Origin: Candidatus Thorarchaeota archaeon
GTDB taxonomy: Archaea > Asgardarchaeota > Thorarchaeia > Thorarchaeales > Thorarchaeaceae
Assembly (NCBI GenBank): GCA_048882045.1
Contig: JBHLRZ010000034.1
Span: forward strand, 1-30,059
Reading direction: 5' to 3'
DNA: 30,059 bases
The first letter of the stretch is position 1; each line of letters begins with the position of its first letter. The position numbers and the translations under genes are program-made. Below the pieces are notes generated by a model. That model searched no databases, had not been told where the DNA came from, and saw only the letters and a program-made list of their open reading frames with translations. Shown here in pieces: positions 17,597 through 26,210 of the stretch.

Positions 17597-19117
17597 TTGA
17601 GAAAGAGGGTACTACCTCTGCTAGCCATGTTCCTCATGCTGGTTTTAATGCCTGCAACTGTCGCAGCTCATACTGAAGCTGCTCCCTTTAAAACAGACAT
17701 GATTGCTGGAGGCGGGAGTGAAGCTTCTGCGATAGATGTTGGCGACATCCTAGTCTGGAACGATGGCGACTACCTATATGTGAAATATGTGACAGACGGA
17801 TGCTGGATCATACTCGAAACTCATCTACAAGTTTCAGAAAGCTTGGATGGAATACCCCAGACCAAGAAGAACAACCCCATACCAGGACACTTCGAATATT
17901 CTTCAATGTTCGATTTTGAAGATGGAAAAACAGAGTGGCTCTACACAATCCCCTTGGAATGGGAGTACGATACCGATCTGTTCATTGCAGCACACGCTGT
18001 TGTTGTGAAGATCAGTGATCCCGTGACTATTTGTGACACTAGTCAGCCTGGAATTGATGTCTATGGGCCAAGTGAGTCATACTATGTTCTTGATGACTCT
18101 GCGTGGGGTTCACCGAGTCCTGCTGTTGCTGCCTGGGTCCATGGTTCATGGCCATTGCTTCCTGATGCAACATGGATCTCTACATCTGAATACGTAGAGG
18201 ACCCAGTCTATGATAGCTGGAGAAAGTTCCATTCTGAGATTGAACTGCCTGAGAAGGGTTACTACCTTACAGGATCAGTTGTGACAGCTACATCTGACAA
18301 CGCTGAAGAAGTCTATTTCAATGGCATAATGGTTGGCTCCGATGGAGAGGTTCAGGGTCCCTTCGAAGATGATTATGAGTGGGCAACAATCGTGGACTAT
18401 CCAGTGGAACCCGTGCCTGGTATGAACCACTTGGACTTTATTGTAAGAAACTACTATCAAGCAAGTGGCACCACTGCTTCCAACCCAACTGGACTCGTCT
18501 ACAAAGCGTGTTTCAACTGCTATCAAGAAGAAACAGCTTGGGGTGCTGGCACCACCTTCAACGATAAGAACTGGGCCACCTACTTCCATTACATTGTGCA
18601 GGACTACATTTGTGCAGTTGTTCTACAACCAGTAGATGGTAACCAGATAGTAATTGCCCAGACCTTGCTTAGCGACCTTGGGGGTCTTGACCTTTCAGGT
18701 CAAGTGTTCATAAAGGTCACGTATCCAATAGCTGGTGGCAACGCGTATTTTCCCACTTTGTACATTGACGTTAATGGCGACGAAATTTCAGACTATACCT
18801 TTGAAGGATGGTGCGTGGATACGGGACATGTCATCTACCAGAATACATGGTACGAAGTGAATGTCTATACCTGTGGGGATGACCTGACTGGAGTTGTGGA
18901 TATGCCAGAGAACAAGCATCTCGTGGATTATATCCTTTCTCAGGACTATGTGGGCAAACCATCAGAATGTGATGGTGATTTCACATACGGCGATGTTCAA
19001 CGAGCAATATGGACAGTCATAGACGATACCCTTTCAACATCTGGACTTGGTTCTTGGAGTCAGTGCCGCGTTGATGAGATTCTAACTGATGTCGGTTGGC
19101 TTAGTCTTAGTCCATAG
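17597..19117 (+). CDS. Secreted multidomain protein: beta-sandwich, inserted jelly-roll/lectin-like domain, and thioester-domain (TED)-like C-terminus
   Basis: Signal peptide ...ATVAA|H; jelly-roll motifs (ATWIS, SDN...VYFNG, G.N.L...V.N, NPTGL); GWCVD (Cys406) and VQRAIW (Gln468). GGAGGAG SD with TTG start. Confidence 0.75.
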   Translation: MRKRVLPLLAMFLMLVLMPATVAAHTEAAPFKTDMIAGGGSEASAIDVGDILVWNDGDYLYVKYVTDGCWIILETHLQVSESLDGIPQTKKNNPIPGHFEYSSMFDFEDGKTEWLYTIPLEWEYDTDLFIAAHAVVVKISDPVTICDTSQPGIDVYGPSESYYVLDDSAWGSPSPAVAAWVHGSWPLLPDATWISTSEYVEDPVYDSWRKFHSEIELPEKGYYLTGSVVTATSDNAEEVYFNGIMVGSDGEVQGPFEDDYEWATIVDYPVEPVPGMNHLDFIVRNYYQASGTTASNPTGLVYKACFNCYQEETAWGAGTTFNDKNWATYFHYIVQDYICAVVLQPVDGNQIVIAQTLLSDLGGLDLSGQVFIKVTYPIAGGNAYFPTLYIDVNGDEISDYTFEGWCVDTGHVIYQNTWYEVNVYTCGDDLTGVVDMPENKHLVDYILSQDYVGKPSECDGDFTYGDVQRAIWTVIDDTLSTSGLGSWSQCRVDEILTDVGWLSLSP

Positions 19118-19143
19118 GGCACATTCACAGTAGATTACACTCA

Positions 19144-19174
19144 AGAGGAGCTATCTGCTCCTCTCCTGTTTTTT
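19144..19174 (+). terminator. Hairpin plus T-tract terminator
   Basis: AGAGGAGC-TATCT-GCTCCTCT followed by CCTGTTTTTT. Confidence 0.7.
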
Positions 19175-19229
19175 CTAAAGTTCCAGATAAAATTCTGGCT
19201 GGATGAAGGGAGTTCAAATCGAAGACAAA

Positions 19230-19523
19230 CTAGCTTGTTTCTAGATGTGGTCTGATCTTATCATAAAACTCTGAAATTATCTTAGAACGCTCGTTTTCAG
19301 TTTCAAGAATGAAGAGTCGAATCTGCTGCCCGGCCTTTATCTCCTTGACAAGACCCATGTCAACAAGAGGTTGCATTACTCTGTGGATTGTTGAATGAGC
19401 AAGACCAGTTTCCTTTGCCAGTCTACTCAGATTGAAGAATTCCTTAGGACGGTCTAGAAAGTGCTGTACTACTCTAGTCTGAGCTCGTGATGCGAATATT
19501 TTCTCTAGCAGTTTTTTCAACAC
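19230..19523 (-). CDS. Winged-helix HTH protein, co-transcribed with pyrH
   Basis: LSRLAKETGLAHSTIHRVMQPLVDMGLV HTH plus wing. Likely GTG/TTG start at 19523/19520. Confidence 0.8.
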   Translation of the reverse strand: MLKKLLEKIFASRAQTRVVQHFLDRPKEFFNLSRLAKETGLAHSTIHRVMQPLVDMGLVKEIKAGQQIRLFILETENERSKIISEFYDKIRPHLETS

Positions 19524-19542
19524 GTTTTCGCCTCTTGTTGTT

Positions 19543-20241
19543 TCACTTGTTCGTTTCGTGTACAATTGTTGTACCTATCTTCTCCTTGTTGAATGCCTTT
19601 GTCAGATTCTCTGGATCGTTCCCATTGAAGATAACAGTAAGAATCTTGGAACGCTCCACTATTCCGATTGCTACTGGGTCAAACAGGTTGTATTCACCTG
19701 CTCGTGTGCCTTCGGATGATAGGATTTTTCTCAATTGTACAATGGACACGGTGTCCAGTTTCTTCGCCCCCTTCTCTTCCGGGTTGCGATCATAGACTCC
19801 ATCGACATTGGTTGCATTGAACAGAATGTCCGCATCTATCAGTTCTGCAGAGGCAGCAGCAACCGCATTTGTTGACTGACCTGGTATCATGCCTCCTAGC
19901 AATACAACCTTTCCACCAAAGTTGACTGCTACTTCCAGTTCATCAAAGTCATCGATGATCTTTGGGAATGCGAGGTCTCCGAGTGCAGCAGAGAGAAGCT
20001 CTGCATTGTTCCGAGCAAGTTTGATACCTAACCAGTCACACTGAGCTTCACTCGCACCCAGTTCTCGGGCTGCTGAGATGAAGGCCCGTGCAGGCTTTCC
20101 ACCGCCGACCACTACAACCAATGTGTGTCCAGCTTTCACCAGGGACCTGATAGATTCGGCGTACTCTTTAAGACGGTCAATTCGTATCTGACCATCCTTG
20201 TCATAGAGGAGTGAACCTCCAATCTTGAGTACTGCTTTCAT
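19543..20241 (-). CDS. pyrH: UMP kinase (archaeal type)
   Basis: KIGGS, VVGGG..AR, D.LGI...R.NA, PGQSTNAVAA, TNVDGVYD.NP, IGT. Start moved to ATG 20241. Confidence 0.95.
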   Translation of the reverse strand: MKAVLKIGGSLLYDKDGQIRIDRLKEYAESIRSLVKAGHTLVVVVGGGKPARAFISAARELGASEAQCDWLGIKLARNNAELLSAALGDLAFPKIIDDFDELEVAVNFGGKVVLLGGMIPGQSTNAVAAASAELIDADILFNATNVDGVYDRNPEEKGAKKLDTVSIVQLRKILSSEGTRAGEYNLFDPVAIGIVERSKILTVIFNGNDPENLTKAFNKEKIGTTIVHETNK

Positions 20242-20310
20242 AGCCTGTCCCCTTAAGCACTTACGAACATGTACAACTATTAGACGCCATTTATGAAGCT
20301 TTTTTGAATA

Positions 20311-20338
20311 GACCAGTCTGACGATATTTCGACTGGTC
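20311..20338. repeat. Perfect 8-bp inverted repeat between the AKR gene and the pyrH promoter
   Basis: GACCAGTC-N12-GACTGGTC. Confidence 0.6.
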
Positions 20339-20359
20339 GAAAATGGCTCAAAACTGGGT

Positions 20360-21340
20360 CTAGCGCGCCAAATTATCCATTTCTGCCCAATCGGACACCT
20401 CATTCAGACGTGTAATGTCATCATCATTCAACTTGATGTCAAGTGCGGCGATGTTTTCCTCAAGTTGTTCGGAGAAGTTTGCTCCAATGATCGGCGCTGT
20501 TACTATTTCCTGAGCAAGAACCCATGCCAGAGCTATCTGTGCAATAGTCGCATCATGATTCTCAGCCACTTCTTTCAGAGTCTCTACAATCCTGAAATTC
20601 CTATCCTTGAAGTATCGAGTCTTTGTGATCTCGGCTCTCTTTGAGTCAGGTAGTTTGTCTTTCGAATACCTGCCTGTGAGAAATCCTCCACCCAAGGGAC
20701 TATAGCTTGTGACACCCAAACTGAATTTTCTAATCACTGGCTGCAGATGTTTCTCAAAGTCCCGACGTCTAGCGAGACTATACGAGGGCTGAAGAGCTTC
20801 ATATCGTGCAAGACCATTGACATCACTGACCCAGAGCGACTCAACAATCTCAGCAGCTGTGTGGTTGGAAGCTCCAACATAATGGACAGCTCCACTCTCA
20901 ATCAGGGTTGTGAATGCTTGCATTGTTTCTTCCTGGGGTGTTTCAGGGTCCGACCAATGACTCCAATAGATATCAACCCACTCAGTGTTCAACCTCTCTA
21001 GACTCTTCTCAATTGCATCCATGATGTGCCTTCGTGAGAGTCCAGCATCAGTAGGTCTGCCACTCATCTCTCCCCTCACTTTGGTTGCTAAAACAATGTC
21101 CTCTCTGACTCCTCGGTCTGCAATCCAGCTACCAATGATTTCCTCGGACTTTCCAGGATAGGATCCATCACCCCATTTGCTGTAGATATTTGCGGTATCG
21201 AAAGTATTCAGTCCTGCCTCGAGAGCGTTGTCTAACAGCTTGTGACTGTTCTCCTCATCAACAATCCATCCCATCTGCATTGTCCCAAGAATGATTCTCG
21301 AAACCTTGAGACCTGTCCTTCCCAGCTTCCTATAGATCAT
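20360..21340 (-). CDS. Aldo/keto reductase
   Basis: LGRTGLKVS.I.LGTM, FDTANIY, ATK, SL.RL..D.Y..H, GASN, YSPLGGG.LTG. Confidence 0.95.
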   Translation of the reverse strand: MIYRKLGRTGLKVSRIILGTMQMGWIVDEENSHKLLDNALEAGLNTFDTANIYSKWGDGSYPGKSEEIIGSWIADRGVREDIVLATKVRGEMSGRPTDAGLSRRHIMDAIEKSLERLNTEWVDIYWSHWSDPETPQEETMQAFTTLIESGAVHYVGASNHTAAEIVESLWVSDVNGLARYEALQPSYSLARRRDFEKHLQPVIRKFSLGVTSYSPLGGGFLTGRYSKDKLPDSKRAEITKTRYFKDRNFRIVETLKEVAENHDATIAQIALAWVLAQEIVTAPIIGANFSEQLEENIAALDIKLNDDDITRLNEVSDWAEMDNLAR

Positions 21341-21484
21341 GAATGAACAATAGTTAAAATATTGGATAACTCTTTTGTTATGTTTGGTTAGTTTCGCTTG
21401 TCCATAACTCTTAAAGGTTAACCTCCTTCACCGAACCTGAGCAGCGATTGCTCACCCTTGCTGACATCAAGGAGGTCAATCCTT

Positions 21485-23956
21485 TTGTCAAAACTAGAAC
21501 CAAAGATAAAATCCAAACGTTGGAAACCAAACGCAGAGGAAGAGATTCTCACACTCTGGAAAGATGAAGACACCTATGAGTTCGACATGAACTCTGGGAA
21601 GACTCTCTATACAATCGACACACCGCCTCCCTACCTGTCTGGACCAATGCATGTTGGTCAATTCATTCATTACACACAGATTGACACCATTGCACGATAC
21701 AGGCGGATGCAAGGACTTGAAGTGAACTTCCCACTTGGTATTGACAGAAATGGTCTACCAGTAGAGGTTCGTGTTGAGAAAGAACTGGGAATCAGTATGC
21801 ATGAAAGCCCAAGAGAGGAGTTTCTCCGACTATGCAAAGCACGACTGGATGATGACGAGAAGATTACACTTGATGGGTTCAAGAGACTTGGAATCGCTTT
21901 CAATACCTATGAGGATGAGGGAAGCTATAGGACCGATAGTCCCAGATACAGAGCAGTCACACAAGCAACGTTCATCGATATCTGGAACAAGGGTCTCGTG
22001 TACAGTGATTATCGGCCAAATAACTGGTGTTTTGAGTGTGGAACAACAATTGCAGATGCTGAAGTTGAGTACGCTGAGCGTCCTACAACTCTCCACTATC
22101 TCTACTTCGAAGTGGAAGGACTCGATCCTCTTGAGATTGCTACAACACGACCTGAACTACTCTGTGCATGTGGTGCAGTGTTTGTACATCCAGACGATGA
22201 ACGATACAAGTCATATCATGGAAAGACTGCTAAGGTTCCCCTCTTTGGGTTAGAAGTTTCCATCATCCCAAGTCCTACGGCGCAAATGGATTTTGGGTCT
22301 GGAGCCCTTATGGTATGTAGTTATGGAGATCAGGGAGATGTCATGGCTTTTCGAGACCACGCACTCACTCCCATAGCAGCAGTATCAACAGATGGTACTA
22401 TGACAGAAGCAGCTGGTGAATATGCTGGAATGAAGATAGCTGATGCTCGTAGGAAGATAATATCAGATCTGAAGGAGAAGAAGATAATATTCAAACAGGA
22501 GGACTCGGTTCAGAGAGTACCCCAGTGTTGGCGTAGTCGTACACCTATTGAGTTCATCGCTATGGATGAGTATTATGTCAAACAAGTAGAATTCATTGAA
22601 GATTTGCATAAGATTGCGGCTGAAACTCCTTTCTATCCCGATTTTCACAGACAGATACTCATAGATTGGTTAAACCGAGTTACCGTGGATTGGCCAGTAA
22701 GCCGACGACGTTTCTATGGTACTGAAATTCCAATCTGGTATTGTAAATCCTGTCAGGAAGCAGTAGTTCCTGAACTGACAGATGAACCTAGATACTACCA
22801 ACCATGGCGAGAAGACCCACCATTCACGAAATGTCCAAAATGTAGTGCTGAGGGAGGCTTCATAGGAGAAGAACGAACATTTGACACCTGGATGGACTCT
22901 TCAATAAGTGGAATGCAAGCTGTTGGATACATGTATGATGACAAACTCTTCAAGAAAGGGTTCAGTAATGTCATGCGTCCTCATGCGAAGGACATTGTTA
23001 GAACTTGGCTTTACTATTCACTACTACGTACATTCCAACTGACTGGTAAACCAGCCTTCAGTGAGATATGGGTTGCTGGTCATGTGGTCGATGACAAGGG
23101 AGAAACAATGAGCAAGTCTAAGGGCAACTCACCACCTCCCATGCCTTTCGTGCAGAAATATGGTGCAGATGCAATGCGCATCTATGGTGCTTTGGAAGCC
23201 GGCTTAGGAAGCGATGTGAGATTCTCGGAGGATCGTCTCGCAGGTGTTTCAAAGTTTATGACCAAGCTGTTCAACGTTGCTCGTTTCATCTCGATGTTCC
23301 CTATTCCTGATCCGATTCCATTCAAAAAACTGACACCCGTTGACCAGTGGATTCTTGCTCAGGCGAATGCGATGGTAGAGCGGATTGTGCCTGAATGTGA
23401 CCTACTGGATTTCCACAAGCCTGCGATAGAGATACGAGGTTTCACGTGGAACTTCTTTGCTGACCATGTGTTGGAGATGATTAAGGGAAGGTCGTTCAAT
23501 ACTGGTGACGCATTCTCGGAAGATGAGCAGAAGTCTGCCTGGTTCACTCTACATGAGGTTTTGAAGATCATCACTAGAGCTCTGGCTCCTATGACTCCCT
23601 TCATAACCGATAGGATATACAGAGACCTCTATGATGAGAAGGGAATTCATCGACAGAGCTATCCATCATATGAGAAGACTTGGAAATCCGACCTATTGGA
23701 ATATACCGACCTTCTTCTACAAACCAACTCTGGATTCTGGAAGTTCAAACGTGAAACCGGTCTATCCCTCAGACAAGGTCTTCCAGAAGCCTATATTTCT
23801 GAGAAATTGAAACCATGGGCAAAGGATCTCCAGGCCATGCATGGAGTCGAGAAAATCAGCTTCGGAAAACCAAAGGACGGTAACCTCATAGAAGTGGCTC
23901 TTCCTGAATCTGAAGATGTGATTTTTGTTTTTCCACCCGCAGAAGAGAAAGACTGA
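21485..23956 (+). CDS. valS: Valine--tRNA ligase (archaeal type)
   Basis: IDTPPPY.SG.MHVGQ (HIGH), DW..SRRR..G..IP.WYC, DTWMDSS, TMSKS (KMSKS). Likely TTG start at 21485 after GGAGGT (21471-21476). Confidence 0.93.
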   Translation: MSKLEPKIKSKRWKPNAEEEILTLWKDEDTYEFDMNSGKTLYTIDTPPPYLSGPMHVGQFIHYTQIDTIARYRRMQGLEVNFPLGIDRNGLPVEVRVEKELGISMHESPREEFLRLCKARLDDDEKITLDGFKRLGIAFNTYEDEGSYRTDSPRYRAVTQATFIDIWNKGLVYSDYRPNNWCFECGTTIADAEVEYAERPTTLHYLYFEVEGLDPLEIATTRPELLCACGAVFVHPDDERYKSYHGKTAKVPLFGLEVSIIPSPTAQMDFGSGALMVCSYGDQGDVMAFRDHALTPIAAVSTDGTMTEAAGEYAGMKIADARRKIISDLKEKKIIFKQEDSVQRVPQCWRSRTPIEFIAMDEYYVKQVEFIEDLHKIAAETPFYPDFHRQILIDWLNRVTVDWPVSRRRFYGTEIPIWYCKSCQEAVVPELTDEPRYYQPWREDPPFTKCPKCSAEGGFIGEERTFDTWMDSSISGMQAVGYMYDDKLFKKGFSNVMRPHAKDIVRTWLYYSLLRTFQLTGKPAFSEIWVAGHVVDDKGETMSKSKGNSPPPMPFVQKYGADAMRIYGALEAGLGSDVRFSEDRLAGVSKFMTKLFNVARFISMFPIPDPIPFKKLTPVDQWILAQANAMVERIVPECDLLDFHKPAIEIRGFTWNFFADHVLEMIKGRSFNTGDAFSEDEQKSAWFTLHEVLKIITRALAPMTPFITDRIYRDLYDEKGIHRQSYPSYEKTWKSDLLEYTDLLLQTNSGFWKFKRETGLSLRQGLPEAYISEKLKPWAKDLQAMHGVEKISFGKPKDGNLIEVALPESEDVIFVFPPAEEKD

Positions 23957-23983
23957 TTGGACGACAATTGTCGTTCCAATTCA

Positions 23984-24421
23984 TCATTTTTCGATGAAAA
24001 CTTGATTCTCATGTTCAGTGGGGCATTTCATTGAGTTTGAAACTAGACAATACTTCTCAGCAAGCTCAAGTGCTCTCTCAGTCTTTGGTATCAAATCCTC
24101 AGACGCTACTCCAATCTTTGTTTTGAGTAGCAGCTTTGTAAACTGAAATCCCTTGTCAACCCGCTCAAGTGTCCCGTGCCCCTCACATGAGAATGACTTG
24201 AATTCAATATGCATCTTCTTGTTAAATGTCACAAATGTGGTCATGAAACATGAAGTCGCAGATGCAACAAAGAGATCCTCAGGAGAGATTATCCCTTCTG
24301 GTCCCTCAAATTCTGGTGGTGATGAAACCTCAATACTTGGTTTTCCCACAACACTAAGCGTTCCAACTCGACCATGCTTCCAATCAACTGTAACCATGTA
24401 TTCATGCGTTTCGTCAGACAT
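23984..24421 (-). CDS. OsmC/Ohr family protein (copy 1)
   Basis: PPEF.G...SPEDLFVAS..SCF and AEKYCLVSNS. Start moved to ATG 24421. Confidence 0.9.
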   Translation of the reverse strand: MSDETHEYMVTVDWKHGRVGTLSVVGKPSIEVSSPPEFEGPEGIISPEDLFVASATSCFMTTFVTFNKKMHIEFKSFSCEGHGTLERVDKGFQFTKLLLKTKIGVASEDLIPKTERALELAEKYCLVSNSMKCPTEHENQVFIEK

Positions 24422-24473
24422 CTCTATCACTAAGACTCGAAACTCCACAACCCTCGAAAAGCGTTTGGTTATG

Positions 24474-24920
24474 TCAATCAACAATAACATGGGTTTCATG
24501 TGATATTGGACATTTCATCGAATTTCCCACGTAGCAATATTTCGCAGCCAACTCAAGAGCTCGATTAATCCTCTCTCGGATTTCCTCTGAATCAATCGCG
24601 ACTTTGGTTTTCATGTCTATCTTGGTGATCTCAAAACTCCTCCCGACCTTTTCGAGAGTCCCTATAGCATCACACTCGAATGACTTGAACTCAACACGCA
24701 TCTTTCTTGTAAACTCAACAAACCCATTCATGTAGCAAATTGTCGCTGAAGCCACGAAGAGGTCTTCTGGGGAATGCAACATTGCTTCACCCTGACCACC
24801 TGAGGGCACGCCTGTTCTGATTTCCGCTTTTCCTTCAACTATAAGACTTCCACTTTTTCCACCAGTCCAGACAAGCTTCACTGGGTAATATTTTGGTGGC
24901 ACCTCTTCTTCCATACTCAC
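24474..24920 (-). CDS. OsmC/Ohr family protein (copy 2)
   Basis: SPEDLFVASATICY and AAKYCYVGNS. Likely start GTG 24920 or ATG 24914. Confidence 0.88.
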   Translation of the reverse strand: MSMEEEVPPKYYPVKLVWTGGKSGSLIVEGKAEIRTGVPSGGQGEAMLHSPEDLFVASATICYMNGFVEFTRKMRVEFKSFECDAIGTLEKVGRSFEITKIDMKTKVAIDSEEIRERINRALELAAKYCYVGNSMKCPISHETHVIVD

Positions 24921-24953
24921 ATTGATCACCAATTTCTTGCCCAACATTCATCT

Positions 24954-25721
24954 CTATATCTTCTGTGCTTTGAACACTGCAAAGAATGGAATTCTTCTCT
25001 CACGGTCAAAGAATTCATCATCGTCTATCGGTTGAGGTTCTGCAAATTCCAGTAAATGGAATCCCGCTTTTAAGAGCGAGTTCAAGTATGTTGAGAGGGT
25101 GCGATGGAAGAAGCTGATTGGCTCTGGAAACTTCTCTCCCTCCCTTGTTCTCCAGTATCGTTGATACTCTTCTTCATGGAAATATCTGTCGACTTTGAAA
25201 TAGAGCCCCTCTCGTCTTCTTGTTTCTGGATCCTTCTCCCCTATCTCCCACGACCCTGGGCCATAGAAATTGAATGCTGGATGAACAATCGAAAACACCA
25301 AGATGCCGTGAGTTTTCAAAACACGATGACACTCACTGATGGCCTCATCCAGACATGGAATATTAAGCAGGACTAGATTGGAGAGCACAATATCAAACAC
25401 CTCATTGGGAATGGACTTCATACGGCATAAGTTGTCCACCTTGTATTCTACACTTTCATCTTCAGTCAGTTGTTTTGCCATTTCGATAAGACGTTGTGAC
25501 AGATCGATACCTGTCACAATGGCTCCTCTCTTGGCATAGTGTCTAGTCAGGTAACCCTCACCACATCCTGCATCCAGCAGTTTCTTACCCTGTACATCTC
25601 CCAAGAGCTTCTCAACACACGGATTGAGTATCATCCTGTGGTGTGGAGTTCCTTTTCCAGCAATTAGGGCCGAGAACGCCTGAGCGTTGCTCTCCCACTG
25701 CTCACGAATCCTTTCATCCAT
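24954..25721 (-). CDS. Class I SAM-dependent methyltransferase
   Basis: LLDAGCGEG, GIDLS, FD.V.S, RVLK..G.L.FS..HP. Start moved to ATG 25721. Confidence 0.92.
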   Translation of the reverse strand: MDERIREQWESNAQAFSALIAGKGTPHHRMILNPCVEKLLGDVQGKKLLDAGCGEGYLTRHYAKRGAIVTGIDLSQRLIEMAKQLTEDESVEYKVDNLCRMKSIPNEVFDIVLSNLVLLNIPCLDEAISECHRVLKTHGILVFSIVHPAFNFYGPGSWEIGEKDPETRRREGLYFKVDRYFHEEEYQRYWRTREGEKFPEPISFFHRTLSTYLNSLLKAGFHLLEFAEPQPIDDDEFFDRERRIPFFAVFKAQKI

Positions 25722-25746
25722 GGTTCCGAACGAACCAACAATCCTT

Positions 25747-26142
25747 CTATATCTTGTCCCAGACCTTCTTGACGGCGTTCCCAGTTTCTTCAATCAAATC
25801 CTTCATTACCTCTCTGTCTGCAAGACCAGTTTCCGCACCAATCTTCATGATTGAGGTATGAGCGACCATGATCTTTCCATCATCTTCATAGACTGTGAAG
25901 CTGCATGGGAATATAGTTCCCATGTCCTTAGAGATTTCAATAGCCTTCTTTGCTAGATGAGGATTACAGACAAGGATAACTGTATATTTTGGATAGTCCT
26001 CAATTCCAAGTTTCTGTTTTAGGATGTCATGAAGACCTTTTGTGAGTTGAAGACCAAATCCCTCACTCACACATGCGTCTTCTACTTTTGTCACTGCTTC
26101 GTCGAATCCATACGGGACTTCTTTACGCAAAACGTCGACCAT
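25747..26142 (-). CDS. DUF302 family protein
   Basis: F.EAV..V......GF, Y.IL.VCNP.LA..A, G..FPC...VYE.DG. Confidence 0.88.
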   Translation of the reverse strand: MVDVLRKEVPYGFDEAVTKVEDACVSEGFGLQLTKGLHDILKQKLGIEDYPKYTVILVCNPHLAKKAIEISKDMGTIFPCSFTVYEDDGKIMVAHTSIMKIGAETGLADREVMKDLIEETGNAVKKVWDKI

Positions 26143-26210
26143 AATGATTCCAAGGTTCTTTCAGTAAAATGGGTTTGGATAGGGGAGAGTTCCAATCAAG
26201 ATAATAGAGA

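Noticed and set aside
20242-20403. N-terminal extension of PyrH (likewise for the URO-D-like, OsmC, methyltransferase, DUF362 and TatD ORFs)
   Set aside because: Longest-ORF artefacts that overlap promoters or neighbouring genes. Family homology starts at the downstream start codon.
21649-21661. HVGQ and TMSKS deviations in ValRS
   Set aside because: Within normal variation of class I HIGH/KMSKS motifs.
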